From NCBI RefSeq assembly GCF_964213995.1, contig NC_135804.1, positions 90,830,001-90,894,000 of the forward strand: 64,000 bases of DNA, written 5' to 3'. Made by a program: the position numbers and the translations under genes. Positions within the stretch are counted from its first letter, which is position 1; the number at the start of each line of letters is the position of its first letter. Shown in pieces: positions 63,888-64,000 of the stretch. This DNA is from Mustelus asterias (taxonomy: Eukaryota). The notes below the pieces were generated by a model. That model saw only the letters and a list, made by a program, of their open reading frames with translations. It made no database searches and was not told the DNA's origin.

Positions 63888-64000
63888 CCTCATTTTTTAA
63901 AAACTGCTGTAAAACTCACCAACATGAAGTCACATCAGCAAGGTTTGAATATTCAATGACGGGGGATTCATGCGGTGGAGGTGCTGGGTAATCATATTAA

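Overview
Vertebrate, repeat-rich genomic DNA, most likely from a cartilaginous fish (shark-type HE1/V-SINEs, CR1 LINEs, Neptune-like Penelope element). The only host gene sequence I can support is the start-codon exon of teneurin-1 (TENM1) on the minus strand: exon 50039-50321, CDS 50258-50039, with canonical AG acceptor and GT donor. The rest appears intronic to TENM1. It is filled with CR1, RTE, Rex1/Babar and other LINE fragments, tRNA-derived SINEs, PIF/Harbinger-type MITEs with 3-bp TSDs, a rearranged Gypsy relic and a deeply nested Penelope/CR1/SINE cluster. There is a 200-N scaffold gap at 44259-44458. The long ORFs in the ORF track are retroelement-derived. I found no demonstrable new biological system. 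The best leads are: near-identical inverted CR1 copies flanking the ATG exon (circRNA/dsRNA candidate), a ~296-bp near-perfect inverted duplication, an overlapping uORF and loss of the RKRK motif in TENM1, and a CpG-rich orphan ORF with a cystine-knot/TGF-beta-like C-terminus. Repeat boundaries are read by eye and approximate unless a TSD is quoted.
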